A DNA stretch of 59,227 bases, filler included, from Sphacelaria rigidula (Eukaryota): assembly GCA_964200075.2 (NCBI GenBank). It is 5 parts of 5 records of this genome, joined end to end, with 100 filler letters (N's around TTAATTAATTAA, not from the genome) between each part and the next. Parts side by side here need not be neighbours in the genome. Positions count along the whole stretch, not along the records: positions 1 to 11,766 come from CAXNAA020004530.1; positions 11,867 to 23,632 come from CAXNAA020004531.1; 3 more parts are not named here. One strand, written 5' to 3'. Positions 1 to 13,394 of the stretch are shown piece by piece. Position numbers and translations under genes: made by a program. Under the pieces are notes generated by a model. That model made no database searches. It was not told the origin of the DNA and saw only the letters and a program-made list of their open reading frames with translations. Numbering within the stretch: position 1 is the stretch's first letter; each line of letters begins with the position of its first letter.

Positions 1-10
1 TGCGGTGTTT

Positions 11-34
11 GGGAGGGGGGGGGGGGGGGGGGGG

Positions 35-80
<46 letters not shown>
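11..80. repeat. Poly-G tract at contig start
   Basis: About 70 nt of almost pure G; may be partly a sequencing or assembly artefact. Confidence 0.9.
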
Positions 81-83
<3 letters not shown>

Positions 84-703
84 CGCGTTTGTTGCTTGCC
101 GTAGTCATATGAGTATTGACAATGCATCCCTTTGGAGAACAAGCACTGTTTCTGCTCCTAATAGAGACACCACCGACATTTGGGCACTCATTACGCCCCT
201 TCCATACACTATACACAACAACCTTTATACGTATCTCATCCCCTTCCTGTTTCGCCGTGGAGGGAGAAAGTGGATGGGGGCATGATTCAATAGTTCAGTG
301 CACAAGGTATTGATACTTTCACACGCACAGACGTTATGTTCTCGCACAAAACTTCGCCACGACTCCCGCTACTACCTCAGGAGATTGCGCTTGAAATTTG
401 ACCCTGGTTAGAATTGGTACCCTCGTTCTCACTCAACCCGTATCCGTATCTGTATCCTGTACGGGAGAGGGGGGGGGGGCGAGTTTACCTTACGCCAGTT
501 CTGCGTAAGCAAGCGAATGGATCCAGCCGTGGCCAAGTAATAGACGTACCCGAGATGAAAAGAAAAAAAATGAAAACATCTGTTGTTTTTCAAAAACAAA
601 AATGAAAGCTAACCCCATTATACTATAACCAAGAAACCCAACCCAGGGCAACCCTAGAAACCTCGGACAAGAGAGGTGCACACAGTAGTGTGCACTAGGC
701 AAA

Positions 704-713
704 GTGTGTATGT

Positions 714-751
<38 letters not shown>
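704..751. repeat. (TG)n microsatellite
   Basis: Direct reading of the sequence. Confidence 0.95.
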
Positions 752-753
<2 letters not shown>

Positions 754-904
754 CTTGACTCGAATCGGCTCCTCTAGGCGCCGAATTTGACACGATGATT
801 GGATCGGTATTGCCGCATCCCGTCGACTCGTGACCACGCTTCCGGTAATATGTAACGTCCTTCCGCTTCCAACAATGGAACCTAGAGGTCGTTAGACAAA
901 AACG

Positions 905-985
905 TCATCTGCGGGGATTCGACCCGGAACCTACCGCCCCTGTCTGACTGCTGGTGTACTGCCCATTGATACACAACCGGGAAGT
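905..985 (-). mobile_element. Possible degenerate tRNA-derived SINE head
   Basis: Minus strand reads cccggttgtgtatcaatgggcagtacacc...gggtcgaatcccc (A-box-like then B-box-like) and loosely resembles 11711-11766. Confidence 0.3.
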
Positions 986-1599
986 GCGGATGCGCAGGAA
1001 TCTAGGGCTTAAGCTCATGAGAGTCGGGCGGTGCATGCGCTTCGCCAAGTTGACAGGGGTTTTTAGCGGGTTCAATTTCCACACTGCTTCGAGCAAAACT
1101 TCCTAAACGCTCAAGGCGCCTACCCCACACGACTGCCGCGAGCCGGTCTGGCCGAGCCTCCGGCTAATCGGCACACGAAACCATTCGCGGGGTGAGTGAG
1201 TGTCGGGTGGGGTTTCCTCCTTCCTTCGTTCAAGGAAAACAAAAATGTACAGGATACTCCAGCTTTTGAAACTCAAGGGCAACGAAATATAGGAAGGGTC
1301 GGACAAATAATGAGTCGTCTGGAAATCACTTGGTTTTAGTATAACTGATTCGATTCGTACGAATCAATCCCTAGGCTTTGTTTTCACCGTGGCAACCCAA
1401 GTAAACGCAGCCCAGACACGTGGAATGGCGCAAAAGTTGCGTGGATACCCCTTGGACCAGCGGTGAGCTCTTCTTCTCTCTTTTGGGCAATCAGGCCGTA
1501 GGAATCGTGGATTTGGTGATTCTCAGTCGCGATGATTCGTCCTAACCGTGGAATATTGCGGGTAGAAACTCGACAGTCATGTACGCACAACAGAAGTCC

Positions 1600-2100
1600 G
1601 ATGAGTGGAGGGAAAAGATTGCAACAGGGAGAAGGGCAACCGCCTCGAAACTTCGATATGGACAAGTGATTCGTTCGTGGGAGAGCTGTGGGATATGAGG
1701 TTGGGAGAAAGACATGCAATGGATCCGAAAAAGGTACACATACCTTGGGTAGTGTGGGCGGCTCAGGTACACTTGAGGAAAACAGAGAATTCCGCTGTGA
1801 CCCCAATATACGCTGGGAAATGACTCCGAGGTCGCTGTCGTTGCGAGTGCCGAACATACCTCCAACCCGCAAGGTAATAAGCTGTGAGGGTCCACTGGAT
1901 TCAGCGTTTACTCTTCTTCTGTTCTTCTCAAAGCAGAAAGAGGTAGTTGTCATCCGTACCTTTTCCTGGCCTGTCCTGTATCGTAACGTGACAACAGCGC
2001 ATCCGCACTTTTTTGTCTCGTCAAGACAGGACGACAGTGTACCAGTATTGTTCATTTTTAAATTTACTCCAGAGGGCATTCTACAACGATTATAGTTCAT
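1600..2100 (+). pseudogene. Highly degenerate Ty3/gypsy pol remnant
   Basis: MDPKKV (RT/RNase H junction-like) and RTFSWPVLYRNVT (like the integrase Zn-domain FYWPxMxxDV motif) in different frames; no intact ORF. Confidence 0.35.
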
Positions 2101-2670
2101 CATCCGAGGCGTCCATTGGAAACGGTCACGCTCTAAGGCCTAAAGTATGCTGAGAGAACAGTAGCAGAAGTCCTTGGAAGAGAGGTCTCCACATCAACAC
2201 GTATATCTGGTGCTACAGACCAGTCACGGCGCATTTGGCACCCCGATGGGAAAGGATGTGTATCACTGCGGAAGGTGGAAGCGCTTATTGCAAGATATGT
2301 ACCCCGACACGGCAATACCCGACGAAGTTGACGCTGTGCCTTCTTAGTGGCAGTACAGCGAGTACTGTTGTACTGACTGTGTACGATGCGAACCACGCCT
2401 TGGTAGGGCCGGAATACCCGCGATTTATCCGTGAGAAAAAATCAACTTGCAACCTGAACTGTCCTATTCTGGAACCAAGTGAAAACTCCGCAAAAGGGCG
2501 ATCACGCGTCCGTCAGAGATAGGTCTATACCTTCACGTGGGAGCATGTCATCCAAGAATATCCGATTGACTGATACGAGAAAACTGCAGCAACCGCTCCT
2601 GTCATTTTCAGACCGTCGAAATCGTCATTTTTGTGTAAATCGAGATTCGTCGCCATAAAAGATGGTCCAA

Positions 2671-3138
2671 GACCGACTCTAATGGGAGCCGTTCAAAATT
2701 TCTGTCGAATACTGCCTTTTTGGCCCTTCTCCGTCGTTTTACGCCTGAAAAGAGGGCTAGGCGGATGTTGACGCCTTGGAACGACTTGCTCTACTGATTG
2801 AGGCCGTTCCAGCGCATCTTTGCATTTCCTTCTGGCCGCATTTTCATTTTTGATCGAACACGGATTTTCACCTAAAGACGGCCAAGCGATAAAATACAGG
2901 GGAACATTTCGATCACCTGACTGTTTTTTACTGAAAATCAGTGTTTGGCCTCATTCGGCCAAAATCTAAAGTGCGGCCAGCGGAAAATGCAAAGTTGCCC
3001 TAGAACGGTCTCAACGAGTAGAGCAAGGCATTCCGCGTCAACAGCCGCCCAGCCCTCTTTTCGGGCGTACATCGAAGGAGAAGGGCCCAAAAGCCAGTTT
3101 TCGACAGAAATTTTGAACGGCTCCCATTAGAGTTAGCC
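2671..3138. mobile_element. Tourist/PIF-Harbinger-like MITE, long variant, copy 1
   Basis: TIRs gaccgactctaatgggagccgttcaaaatt ... ttttgaacggctcccattagagttagcc, followed by TAA; the interior is largely palindromic. Confidence 0.8.
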
Positions 3139-3153
3139 TAAGGCCTTGTCTTA

Positions 3154-3618
3154 GACCGACTCTAATGGGAGCCGTCCAAAATTCCAGTCGAAACCTGCCC
3201 TTCTCTGTTATTTTACGCCTGAAAAGAGGGCTAGGCGAACGTTGACGCCTTGGAATGGATTGCTCTACTCATTGAAGCAATTCCAGGACAACTTTGCATT
3301 CCTTGCTGGCGGCACTTTCATTTTCGGCCGAACACGGATTTACAACAAAAAACGGTCGAGCGATCAAAAAACAGGGGGGAATTTCGATCAACTGACCGCT
3401 TTTTACTGAAAAATCATGTTTGGCCTGATTTGGTCAAAAACAAAAGTGCGGTCAGCGGGAAATGCAGAGTTGCCCTAGAACGGTCTCAATGAGGAGAGCA
3501 AGTCTTTCCAAGACGTCAACAGCCGCCTAGCCCTCTTTTCGAGCGTAAATCGACGGAGAATGGCCCAAAAGCCAGTTTTCGACGGGAAATTTGAACGGCT
3601 CCCACTATAGAGCTGGCC
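3154..3618. mobile_element. Same MITE, long variant, copy 2 (tandem)
   Basis: Near-duplicate of 2671-3138, preceded by TTA; a further partial copy lies at ~37490-37822. Confidence 0.8.
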
Positions 3619-3619
3619 T

Positions 3620-3790
3620 TGGCATATTGATTTTCGATCAAAATTGTGCGGTAGAAAAGAAAAATCCTGATCCGATAGGTCATAATTTCAACCATCGTCG
3701 AACATCGTGAAGATGGTTGAGATTACGACCTATCAGATCGAGATTTTTGTTTTCCATAGCACAATTTCGATCGAAATCAAATGTGCCACG
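3620..3790. mobile_element. Palindromic ~190-bp MITE family A
   Basis: Hairpin ...gatccgataggtcataatttcaaccatc / gatggttgagattacgacctatcagatc...; the same family occurs at ~52310-53660 (split), 55575-55780 and 57180-57510. Confidence 0.8.
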
Positions 3791-5794
3791 AGAGGGCTCA
3801 AAACACGCCCTGAGATACACGGCCCGACTGTGCATGGATATACATGACTTGCATACATGACTTGCAGGGCTATCCTCGGCATATTCCCCGTCGTGATTGT
3901 CCCACGGTTTATTGCGGTAGATGAAACTTTCACCGCAGTTTCGCCAAGCAACCAGTCTGGGCCCGTACGGGAAATCACAAAACGGACGTTTTCGGAAGAG
4001 CGGCGTTTCCCTTTCTCGGCACTGGACGCAGTCCGACACAGGTTTTGAAAATATCAACGGGCGCGACTGAAACACATGACTGAAACACGAGTACACCTTC
4101 GCGACCGAGCCCGAACAGACGTACGCCAACGGTAGGGTCTACCGCTCGGGCGATTAGAAATTTCTCCGGGATTTTCATTACTTGATTCGAATGTGAACAC
4201 CGCTATTCAGATCTTCCGTGGGGCTGACAGCCCCCAAGTGTTCCTAGCGTGCGCAGAACACGTTTTGTCAAAAATCGGCCCCACAGGTCATAGTCGCCGA
4301 TTTTTAGGACCACCAAAGTCGCACTTTGCCGAGCGAACACTTTGCACCTCCCTCACACGAGGTTCCTCAATATCCCTCGGGCTGGGGTTAGGGTTGGCGT
4401 TAGCGTTAGTTCGAGATCGTACATTTCCGAGAAACTTCTTGAAAAAGCCAACTGACCCAAGTGTTGGAACTGAACTCATGCACAGACAACCACAGCACAA
4501 GTGCATCACTCCTATTGGAGTGCCAACTCTTGCTCATCTACGCGGTATTGTTCATTTGACGGAAACTCTTGAACAGTACTGTACTTTTGTAATACTGTTT
4601 GTTTCTCCTGCCGCCCCATTTAAATTATTGGACGCCTCTCTCTTCTTCCGGTTTCTGAATATATCATGTGTATCCGGTCACGTCGAATCCGATTCCTACC
4701 TCACTGCAGTCCGTTCTCGCTCGACCAGCTGCATTTTAGTGATTCGTCCCCATCCACAAACCTCAGTCAGATCCCGCTTTGATCCTCTGAGGTTTGTGGA
4801 TGGGGACAAATCGTTGCAAAACGCAGCTAGTCCAGCGAACGGATTACAGTGAAGTAGGAATCGGATTCAGCATGGTCGGATACACAGGATTGATTCAGGG
4901 ATCGGGACAGCGAGACAGCTGTCCAATAAGAAGGACCTGCAGTAAATTCAAGTGTCGTTCGGCCATCTCGTCATGCAGCACAGGCAGCGTTTTGTTCAAA
5001 TCATCACGTCACATGGCATGCAGAGAGTACAGACTGTCCTGTACTGTCTATACTGCAGGTTTCTCGCTTCTTCACATCCTGCTCCTGTACCGAACACACG
5101 ATGCAGTGGAGAGATGCGAATCAGAAAAGTAATCCATCTTCTCTTTTTTTCCTGGGATGCTCCACCTGGATACACAAGATTCCAGGATCCAACCCCCTTT
5201 TTGATGGATAAGTCGTGCGATCAGGCGACGCTCGACCTGTTCAGATGCTACACACACCTTCACACCGTTGACACGGAGCCGGCAACACTGGTCTTTTTCT
5301 AGTGCTGTTGAAGCCCACCCCCAAATCATGAAGGAAAGAAAAACAGTTTGTTTTCCAGTTTATTCTGCTGACCGCGGGAAGTTCCCTGAGACGGCCACCG
5401 CAGCGTTTTGCATCCAGGTTTGGAACACACAAGGCAAACAATCAGCGGTCGAATCGCAAACGACGCCGAAGAGAACCAACAAAACAGAGGGGGCTTGGGC
5501 CGAGACCTCTGAGGAGACGATGCGGAGGAACTTTATTTCGGGGCGGGCATGTACGTGTGCGTCTTCGTCATGAATGTTGTGTACGGAGTAACTTCGTGCG
5601 TTTCGGTGCATGGGTCCGTGTGCCTGCGCGTGTGTATAGTAGTTGACAGTTGGACGGTGAGAGCGGATCATCTGTTGCATCGGCATCAATTTCATTTGAA
5701 AAAGTATGCATAATCCAGATGCACTACTCGTACCCTCCTCGCGATTGAAGGGTAAAGGGCCGAACGGGGTATTTTTTTTGTTGTTGTTTGCGCT

Positions 5795-7505
5795 CGATCG
5801 CAGTGAACGTTTTAGCGCAAACTTTTGGAGATCGGGAGATACGAGGCATCCCTCAACATTCCAAAAATAGAATGATGTCTGCACTCAATAAAACATGGAA
5901 GGACATTCGGGCTGACAGGTTCTCGGGGGTCCTGCGACCACACAGCCCCAGGTTTCGATTCTGTTTTTTTTCGCTCGATTGAAGCACTTCCCATCGTTTT
6001 CGTCACTAACGATTTTATTTCCGAGTTCTACTGACTCACTGCGCTGTATCAAAAAAACTGTGTTCTCTAATCCAGTGACGGTCGATAACACCCCTTGAGG
6101 AACAAGGTCCTCCCTCCATGTCACCCCAACAACACCAACTTGAAGATTGCGTCCTGAGCACGACCAGCCTCTTTTCCCAACATCTATCGACGCTAGTACG
6201 TCACGTGCCAGGGGATAGTATCATGCGAAAAAAATTAGGAAAAACCCAGCTACGAGAACTGCCAAACCGAGCTCTGTACAGCACGGGGGGGAAGGGGGGC
6301 GGGGCGTGCTCATTTGTTGCATATCTTCGTCGTTTGACCACTGACCACGCAAACTCTTTCAAGACGGAGCAGAGGAAGGGAGCAGGGGAGGCGTACTCAT
6401 TCGTCGCTTGCATTAGTCATTTGACCATTCACCACGCATCCCTTTCGAGACGGGGCACCGCTCCTACTTCTGATTGAGACACCTCAAACATTTGAGCGCT
6501 CATCAACTCTCCCCCATACATTACACAGGAACCTGTTACATGCCTTACCCCCTCAAAGTATAGCGATCACTCCATCGCTACAAAGTAGCACCAATCGATC
6601 GCATGTCTCCGTCGTTTACTTCCCACATTTCCCCCTCCAGCACACGACTACTCTCCGTTGCAGGGCCCTCACACGCAAATACACTTACATTTTTTTCGCG
6701 TAATCCATGGACCGTGTAGACATGTTTTCATCTTTATCCCCTACCTTGACTTGACCCCCCCTCTATTTTCAGGTGCTTTTTCCCGTCTACTTTCTGACGT
6801 CGTGATTATTTCCCCCTCATTTTTGTCACATCTCTCACTTTTGTCCCGTACCCCCCACAATTTATCCATCGAGATTATCATCTCGTCTTGGTTTTCGTTC
6901 CACGTCCTTCCTTCCCTACAGTCGCGACTACGCCATTCCATCTCATTCCAGTCTGCCCTTTCGTTGCTTCCTTCCATACAGCCCCATCAACTATGGCTGC
7001 ATAGCACAAGGAGGTGAACCAATCTCCATCATGTTCGTGGTAATTTTGATGGATCTGCTTCTAGTATTTCTACAGAACCATCACGCTACTGAAAAAAAGT
7101 TCTTTGAACCGGAAACGGTCATTAACAGCCCCTACATCCATTTTCGTATCTGGGCATTTTTCTGAATTCTCTCGCATAGTACTCTTTCTTAGCACTCGAA
7201 AGTCCTAGCGTTGATGGATATTGAGAAAAGAAGCAGCTCGACCCCAGGACAATCCTGACGTCGTAGAGGCGACATCGAGTAAAAATCTCGTTCATCAGAG
7301 GGTGTTATCGAATAATCCCCGGTTCAAAAAACTCAGAACCTGGGGTTATGTGGTCGCAGGACCCCCGAGGACCGGTCAGCTCGTAAGTCCTTCAATATAT
7401 GTAGTGAGTGCTTGCTTTATAACTCTTTTTCGGAATATGTAAAGCGGATGCCTAGTATCTCACTATCCCCAAAGTTTGGGATCAAACGTTCACTGTGACG
7501 AGCGA
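5795..7505. repeat. Pair of ~180-bp inverted repeats (5795-5970 and 7325-7505)
   Basis: gggggtcctgcgaccacacagccccaggtt versus aacctggggttatgtggtcgcaggaccccc; homology extends to the cagtgaacgttt / aaacgttcactg ends. Confidence 0.7.
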
Positions 7506-9254
7506 TGGCACAGAAAAAAACTTTGGAAAGTTGCCGACAACGGAAAAGTTACAGAAATCGCTCCGTTCAGCTGCTAACTGCTACTCCGTTTGTCATCCGA
7601 TCCTTGGTGTCTGATTGGCCTGCAAGATTTTTGGATCAGGAAAACTCTTGACGCTCCTTGAAAAAATACGCTGAATGTTCGGAGCCCAATTGGTATCTCT
7701 GAAAGTGCTTCCTCATTTCGTCGTCTCGGTAACCCTTTGACCACGAGCATACATCATCTGGTTAATGAGTGCATGGCCACATGGCCTACCCTTACGGTCA
7801 AAGCGTCAACACCTAGACCGCGAGGTTAGTTTTCTATTGAATCGGCATCAATTTCAAGTGAAAAAAAGCATGCCATGATCCAGAAAGACTTATCTCGCGG
7901 TCCAAGGGTCAAGTCGGGGCCTAACCAACCGACAGTTGCAGAATGAGTTTTCAGATTGAAATAAGTCTCAATCCCCACACGATGGTTTCCCTAAACCAAA
8001 AAGTAATTATGCGCAATACCATGCCTGTCGGCATAGTACACCTCGATTGCGTGATGAGTTTTTCAGCACTCTTCACCCACTCTGTAGAAGAAGCCCACGA
8101 GACTGGCGAAAGTGGATGATCAGGACATACGTAGGAAGATCTGAGGTTTGTCGATCGGTACGACTCATTACTAGAAATAATGAAACTGTTCCACCGAACA
8201 GATTACGGCGACGCAGGAATCGGATTCAGCTTGATCGGGTTGACACGATTGATTTGGGGACCGGACGAAGAGAGACAGCCGTCTGATTACTCAGATAGAT
8301 CAGCAGTACCGTACAGACTGTTATTCGGAAATCTCGTGATGCAGCACAAGCAGCGTTTGTGTTTTGTTTTCACTCTGGCCTGCTTGTGGAGAGATGATAT
8401 AGAACACGGGAAAACGGAATTTTCGCTCAGCGCCGTGAGCATAACAGAGGCGTGGAAGGGCGCTGAAATAGTTAACACGCGATCGAGGTGCACTACTAAG
8501 CCGACACAAATCAATTGCGCATGAACAGTTCTAGGTTAGAGGAAGCCCTGTTATGAAGTCGAGACTCACTTCAAGATTGACGAGTGAGTAATCGTAGACG
8601 TATCTCAGACCCCACGTTCCCGGTATATTTTCAACAGTACCGCCATTCCCATAAATTCATTCATCATTTTCATTCCTTGCCTTGACAATGAATGAGACCC
8701 GAGCTTCCCTACCGAAAAAGTCCAAAACGCTTGAGCTTGATATTTGTGGAGCGAAAAGGCGACGGGAAAAAGCTGCCGAACCAATCAGACGAAAGTCCAA
8801 CGGTTGCATGCGATGTACCACCGTTGAGAAACGTGTGCTCGACATTTGAATGCATGCCCCGGTACCTACACTCAAGCTCGACGCCTGGCGACTTCAGGGG
8901 TAGCCATAGGACGCTATGGTATCATGCACTTCTCTTTCAGTGACGTTGGTGAGGGATTAAGCGAGTAGTGGCCACTTGCGTGAACGTTTCAAGGGTGCGT
9001 TGGGTAGGGTAAGTACCCGGGTATTTACTTTCCCAAATTTTGTATTCCGATGGTCCGATCTCCAAACTCCACCCAATATGCGGGTAACTCTAACCAAGTT
9101 TTGGATGCTCAAGAGTACGATCTTTCAAAAAATAAACCAGGAACGTTTGCTCGATAATTCTGCAGACAAGGTCGGTTCGAAGTGATCGACGCGTTTGTCC
9201 GAGAACAGACGACGCTGCTTTCAGCTCGTGAGGGTCCAACCTTGACCCTTAAAC

Positions 9255-10835
9255 GGCGAGCGTCGCCTCGGAACAGTTTTACAGGCTAACAGTCCGGAGA
9301 CATTTGGGGGTTTCCGGTGGGCGGGTGGGGGCGGGTGGGGGGAAAGATTCTATCTGCAGAGCAGCCAAAAAGCTCACCAAGTCAACCTTGTGTCTGTGGA
9401 AGTTTCCCGCTGCAAATTAGGGGCCGTGCACGAGACCCGAGAGGCGCAGAATGACCACTCTGACCAATTGCGGTTGTCAAAATGAGCATGTAGTTCCCCT
9501 ACAGATGGACTACTTCGCTATCCACTGGCATATCTCATTTTGGTCATGGTAATTCCACCATAGATTACATGGGTACGAATAACTTCTTTGTACTCTGCTC
9601 GAGGTCTATGCCGCCTGTCTGACGGCTCATGTGTTGCCAGCATAGCCTCACACTGTCTGCAGTGTTTTTGTTGAACACTAAGCAGAGGTATCAACAGCAT
9701 GCAGCAAATTGTGTCCAGTCGAGAGCGATGGCGCACTTATACTGTCTCTTGCCGTTGTATCCAGCGAAGACATACAGTACGCATACATTTTGACCCTGGA
9801 CGCAATCGAAGGCAGGGACCATTTTGCTCAGGGGTTCTCCGGGACTATTCTCTACGTAGATGCCCAGACCCACATGTTTATGAAAAAGGCGTTTTGTGAA
9901 GCGGGAAAAGAGCAGGTTTGAACCCCAAGTGCGACACAGTCCAATATAGTCCACCTGCGGGGGGGGTCGCTGGCTAAGGGTTAAGGGAACCAAAAACAAC
10001 GAGCGAACAGCAGAGGAAGCGTCCAAACGCGGCATTTTGATTGGTCGCCGCGATATCACGCGGCGGGGTGATATCGCCGCGCCCAGTCAATATCATGCTT
10101 TCGGTCGCTTGCGTGGCGATTCGTTCTTATTTTGGTCCCTTCTCAATCCTTCGACAGCGAGCGTCGCCTCGACAACAGTTTCACGGGCTGCCAGTCCAGG
10201 AACATCCAGGGGGCGAGGGGGTGGTTTTCGACATGATGGGGCCTGTGAGCAGAATGGCCGCAAAAATCACCAAGTCAACCATGTGTGTTTGGGCCGTTCC
10301 GACGGAAAATTTTCAGCCAGGGACGAGACCCGAAAGGAGCGGGGTGACCACTCTGACCGATCACGGCTATCAAAGTTGTCACCTTGTTTCTCTTCAGGTG
10401 GACTACTTCGATGTCTAGCCGTTTCTCTCATTTCGGTCACGACAATTCAACCATAGATTACTTGGTCATAAAACAATGTGCTTCTCAATCTACTCGTGGT
10501 CTGTGCCATCTGCCTGACCCCTCTTGTGTTGCCACCGTTGCTCCACACTGTGTAGTGTTGTTACCGAACGGTAAGCAGAGATGTTAGCAGCATGCCGAAG
10601 GCTGTTTTGTTCAGTGGAGGGCAATGGATTGCTGACTGTTTTTTGTGCCGTTGTATCCAGCGAAGACATGCAGCACACATACTGACTCTGCACGCAAATT
10701 GGCTGCAGGTTCACAACCGGTCAGGGGTTCTCTGGAACTATTTTTTCTATAAGGATGGCCAACATCCGCATGTTCATGAAAGATGGCGTTGTGTGTATCA
10801 AGAGGAGAGTTGTTTTGAACCCCAAATGTGGCATG
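9255..10835 (+). repeat. Diverged direct duplication (~9255-9940 and ~10158-10835)
   Basis: Shared collinear blocks cgagcgtcgcctcg, caccaagtcaacc, gccgttgtatccagcgaagacat and tttgaacccca at ~900-bp offset. Confidence 0.8.
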
Positions 10836-11710
10836 GTAGTAATCGAAAATAGAGCTACCGCTGTGTAGAGTGGGAGTTGAAGGGCACGAGAGAAACTCCT
10901 ATAATTTCTGATAGGCACCGGAGGGCACTCAAAAACTTTTTCTTTGACAAACGCGACTCTTCTGTCCATTTTGTCCCTTCCTTTTTGCGCTGCAAAAGAA
11001 GGCCGAAGAAACGGATTTATTTCTTCCATGACTTTGAGATCACACGCCAAGAACAAAGTAAACTGCCTGGATGGCACTCATCGAGAATCGCACAACCACT
11101 GAGATTCTCTGGCCGAGGCTTCCGTTGCTGCCACGGCCTGAACTGCAGCTTCTCATGGGTAGGATGGCGATGTTCGTCTCCCACTACGTCACGAGTTGTG
11201 CATGCACACGATACGCATACCTCTTGAGCTAATGTTACGCCAACTAGAGAATATTTCTGCAGGGCGTGATATTGGATATTTGGTGTGGTGAGGGGACAAG
11301 AGCCCATCATATCGTTTAGAGCTCTTCCCGTTGTGAGATAGGTACCCTTGATGCTTCGAAAAACGTGCTCGCCAGTGATTTGTATATGGATACAGGCTGG
11401 GCCAGCTGAGAGTGATTTCTAAATGTATTTTGACGATGCTGTGGGTAATTTGAATAGTTAGACACAAAAAATTTGACACCACATTTGTATGATCACTACG
11501 CACAACATTTCTCGAAGGCATTCGCAAAAAAAAAAACAGGAAGTTAGAGCGATTTGAAGTTTCTGTGAAAACTAGAAAAATGCTAGAACACCGCGAAAAA
11601 AATAAACGGATGCACCTCGAGAAATGTTGTGCGCAGTGAAAATAAACATGTTGTGTCAAAATTTCAGCGCGTATCTCTTCGAATTACCCACAGCATCCAC
11701 CTTTTCGTCT

Positions 11711-11766
11711 GGCACCCGGTGGTCCAACTGGTAGAACCGCGTCTTATTACAGAGGTCACGAGTTCA
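11711..11766 (+). mobile_element. tRNA-derived SINE head or tRNA pseudogene, cut by contig end
   Basis: ggcacccggTGGTCCAACTGGtagaacc...gaggtcacGAGTTCA: Pol III A-box and the start of a B-box at tRNA-like spacing. Confidence 0.55.
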
Positions 11767-11866
11767 NNNNNNNNNNNNNNNNNNNNNNNNNNNNNNNNNN
11801 NNNNNNNNNNTTAATTAATTAANNNNNNNNNNNNNNNNNNNNNNNNNNNNNNNNNNNNNNNNNNNN
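11767..11866. other. Artificial contig spacer
   Basis: 44 N + TTAATTAATTAA + 44 N. Confidence 0.99.
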
Positions 11867-12719
11867 ACCTTGGCTGTCGATCTCATTCAGCGTGGCGGCG
11901 GAAGCCGCCGAACCCCTTGTATATATATATATATATAGATGCTGGCCGCATCAAGGAGTTGAAATTCACCACAGGTATATAATCACATTGATTTCTCGAG
12001 AACATGCTGCTCCCGCAAGTGTGTCGGTACAGGCTGGTTCACGGGAAAAAAACAAAAAACACTCATCGGCAAACCTTCACGCCGTTTTAACCCTTTGGGA
12101 ACCCTCCCCTCCCGTCCCCGTTCCAGACGCCTCATTATTTCAAGTGCTGACAGAGAAGAAAATATGAAACAAGAAAATACCGACGACAACCATTCTTATG
12201 CCGGAAGGCCACAGAGGAATCCACCGAAATACGTCACGCTTGCACCAAAAATGTCGTCCCGGTGCGGTCGGGTCATTTTTCACTCAATGAGGGGACGCAG
12301 CCAAAAACCAGCAACGAGGCCCTCTGGACTACAGATTACAAAAATCAGCCCCTCCACTCTATTTTCTAGTCACTTCGTCCCGTGTGCGACTGCGGCACAG
12401 ATTTATAACGGTGCCACACCCACCGTAGTGCTGCTGTGCTGCAGTCCGGAGTTCGCACCCGCTCAACACTTGTCAAGCGCGCTAGGGAACATGACAAAAA
12501 CAACGCAGTATGGCCGAGCACACAGATATCCCCTCACCAGACGTAAAAGGAATGAGCTGCGATGTTTACGCGATCCATCGCCAGTTAGAAGCGGTTGCGG
12601 AAACGCAAGGGAAGGCCGCAGCGAGGGTTTTTGCAGAGCAGGCTGCAAGAGCCGTGGGGGCAGCGCATTGGCCCCCGACGCACACATGACCCCCCCGACA
12701 GCTCCCGGATGCCATCAAC

Positions 12720-13394
12720 TTGGATGCCGCTAAGGAAAATGCATTCAGACACTCGGGCCTGTGTGGAAAACACCAGGCGGCCATAATTGCGGCTTTGCGA
12801 ACGGAGGACATCGAGAAAAACGGAAAGGAACCCACCGGAACAGCCTATCGCAATCAGGTGCGGAGAATTGTACTCCACTATGGTCGGTACATGCAATTGG
12901 GTAGAGTACAGCGTCGCGATGTGGCTTTAGTCTAACCTGTGGTGTAACACCCTCACATTGCAGAAGAGCGTAGCCCATGAGGACAGACGGTACACACGAT
13001 AGCGCCGGCCAGCTTGATCGATCATACGCAGCACGGGGCATGTCTTGGCAACCGTAATGAATGATGAACCCGTACTGTACACAAGTGAAACCGTCAAAAT
13101 GCAAAACAGGAAGTGCTGTACAAACGGTACTGTACTGTGCATGCCGTGAGACATCAGTCAAGTAGCTATTCTCGTGCACGGAACCACTACAGAGCAGAAG
13201 GGTAGCACCCCTGGCCGGGTGTAAAAGCGACCAGCTCTATGTGCCGCACACCGACGGTGAAATATTGTGGATATGCCGTATGGTTCGATCTGGTGGGACG
13301 ATCAATCTGCAGTGTACGGGCAGTGTTGCCGAAATGTACAGTGGAGACAGGTGAAATATATCATGCATACCCCCGATATAGAACAGCACCATAG
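12720..13394 (+). pseudogene. Small accessory gene remnant inside the piggyBac element, possibly P2RX7_C/KolX-like
   Basis: Coding-like 12720-12857 (..GLCGKHQAAIIAALR..GTAYRNQ then GT) and 13239-13394 (VKYCGYAVWFDLVGRSICSVRAVLPKCTVETGEIYHAYP), which resembles the Y..Y...R..LPxC.V..I...YP motif. Confidence 0.3.
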
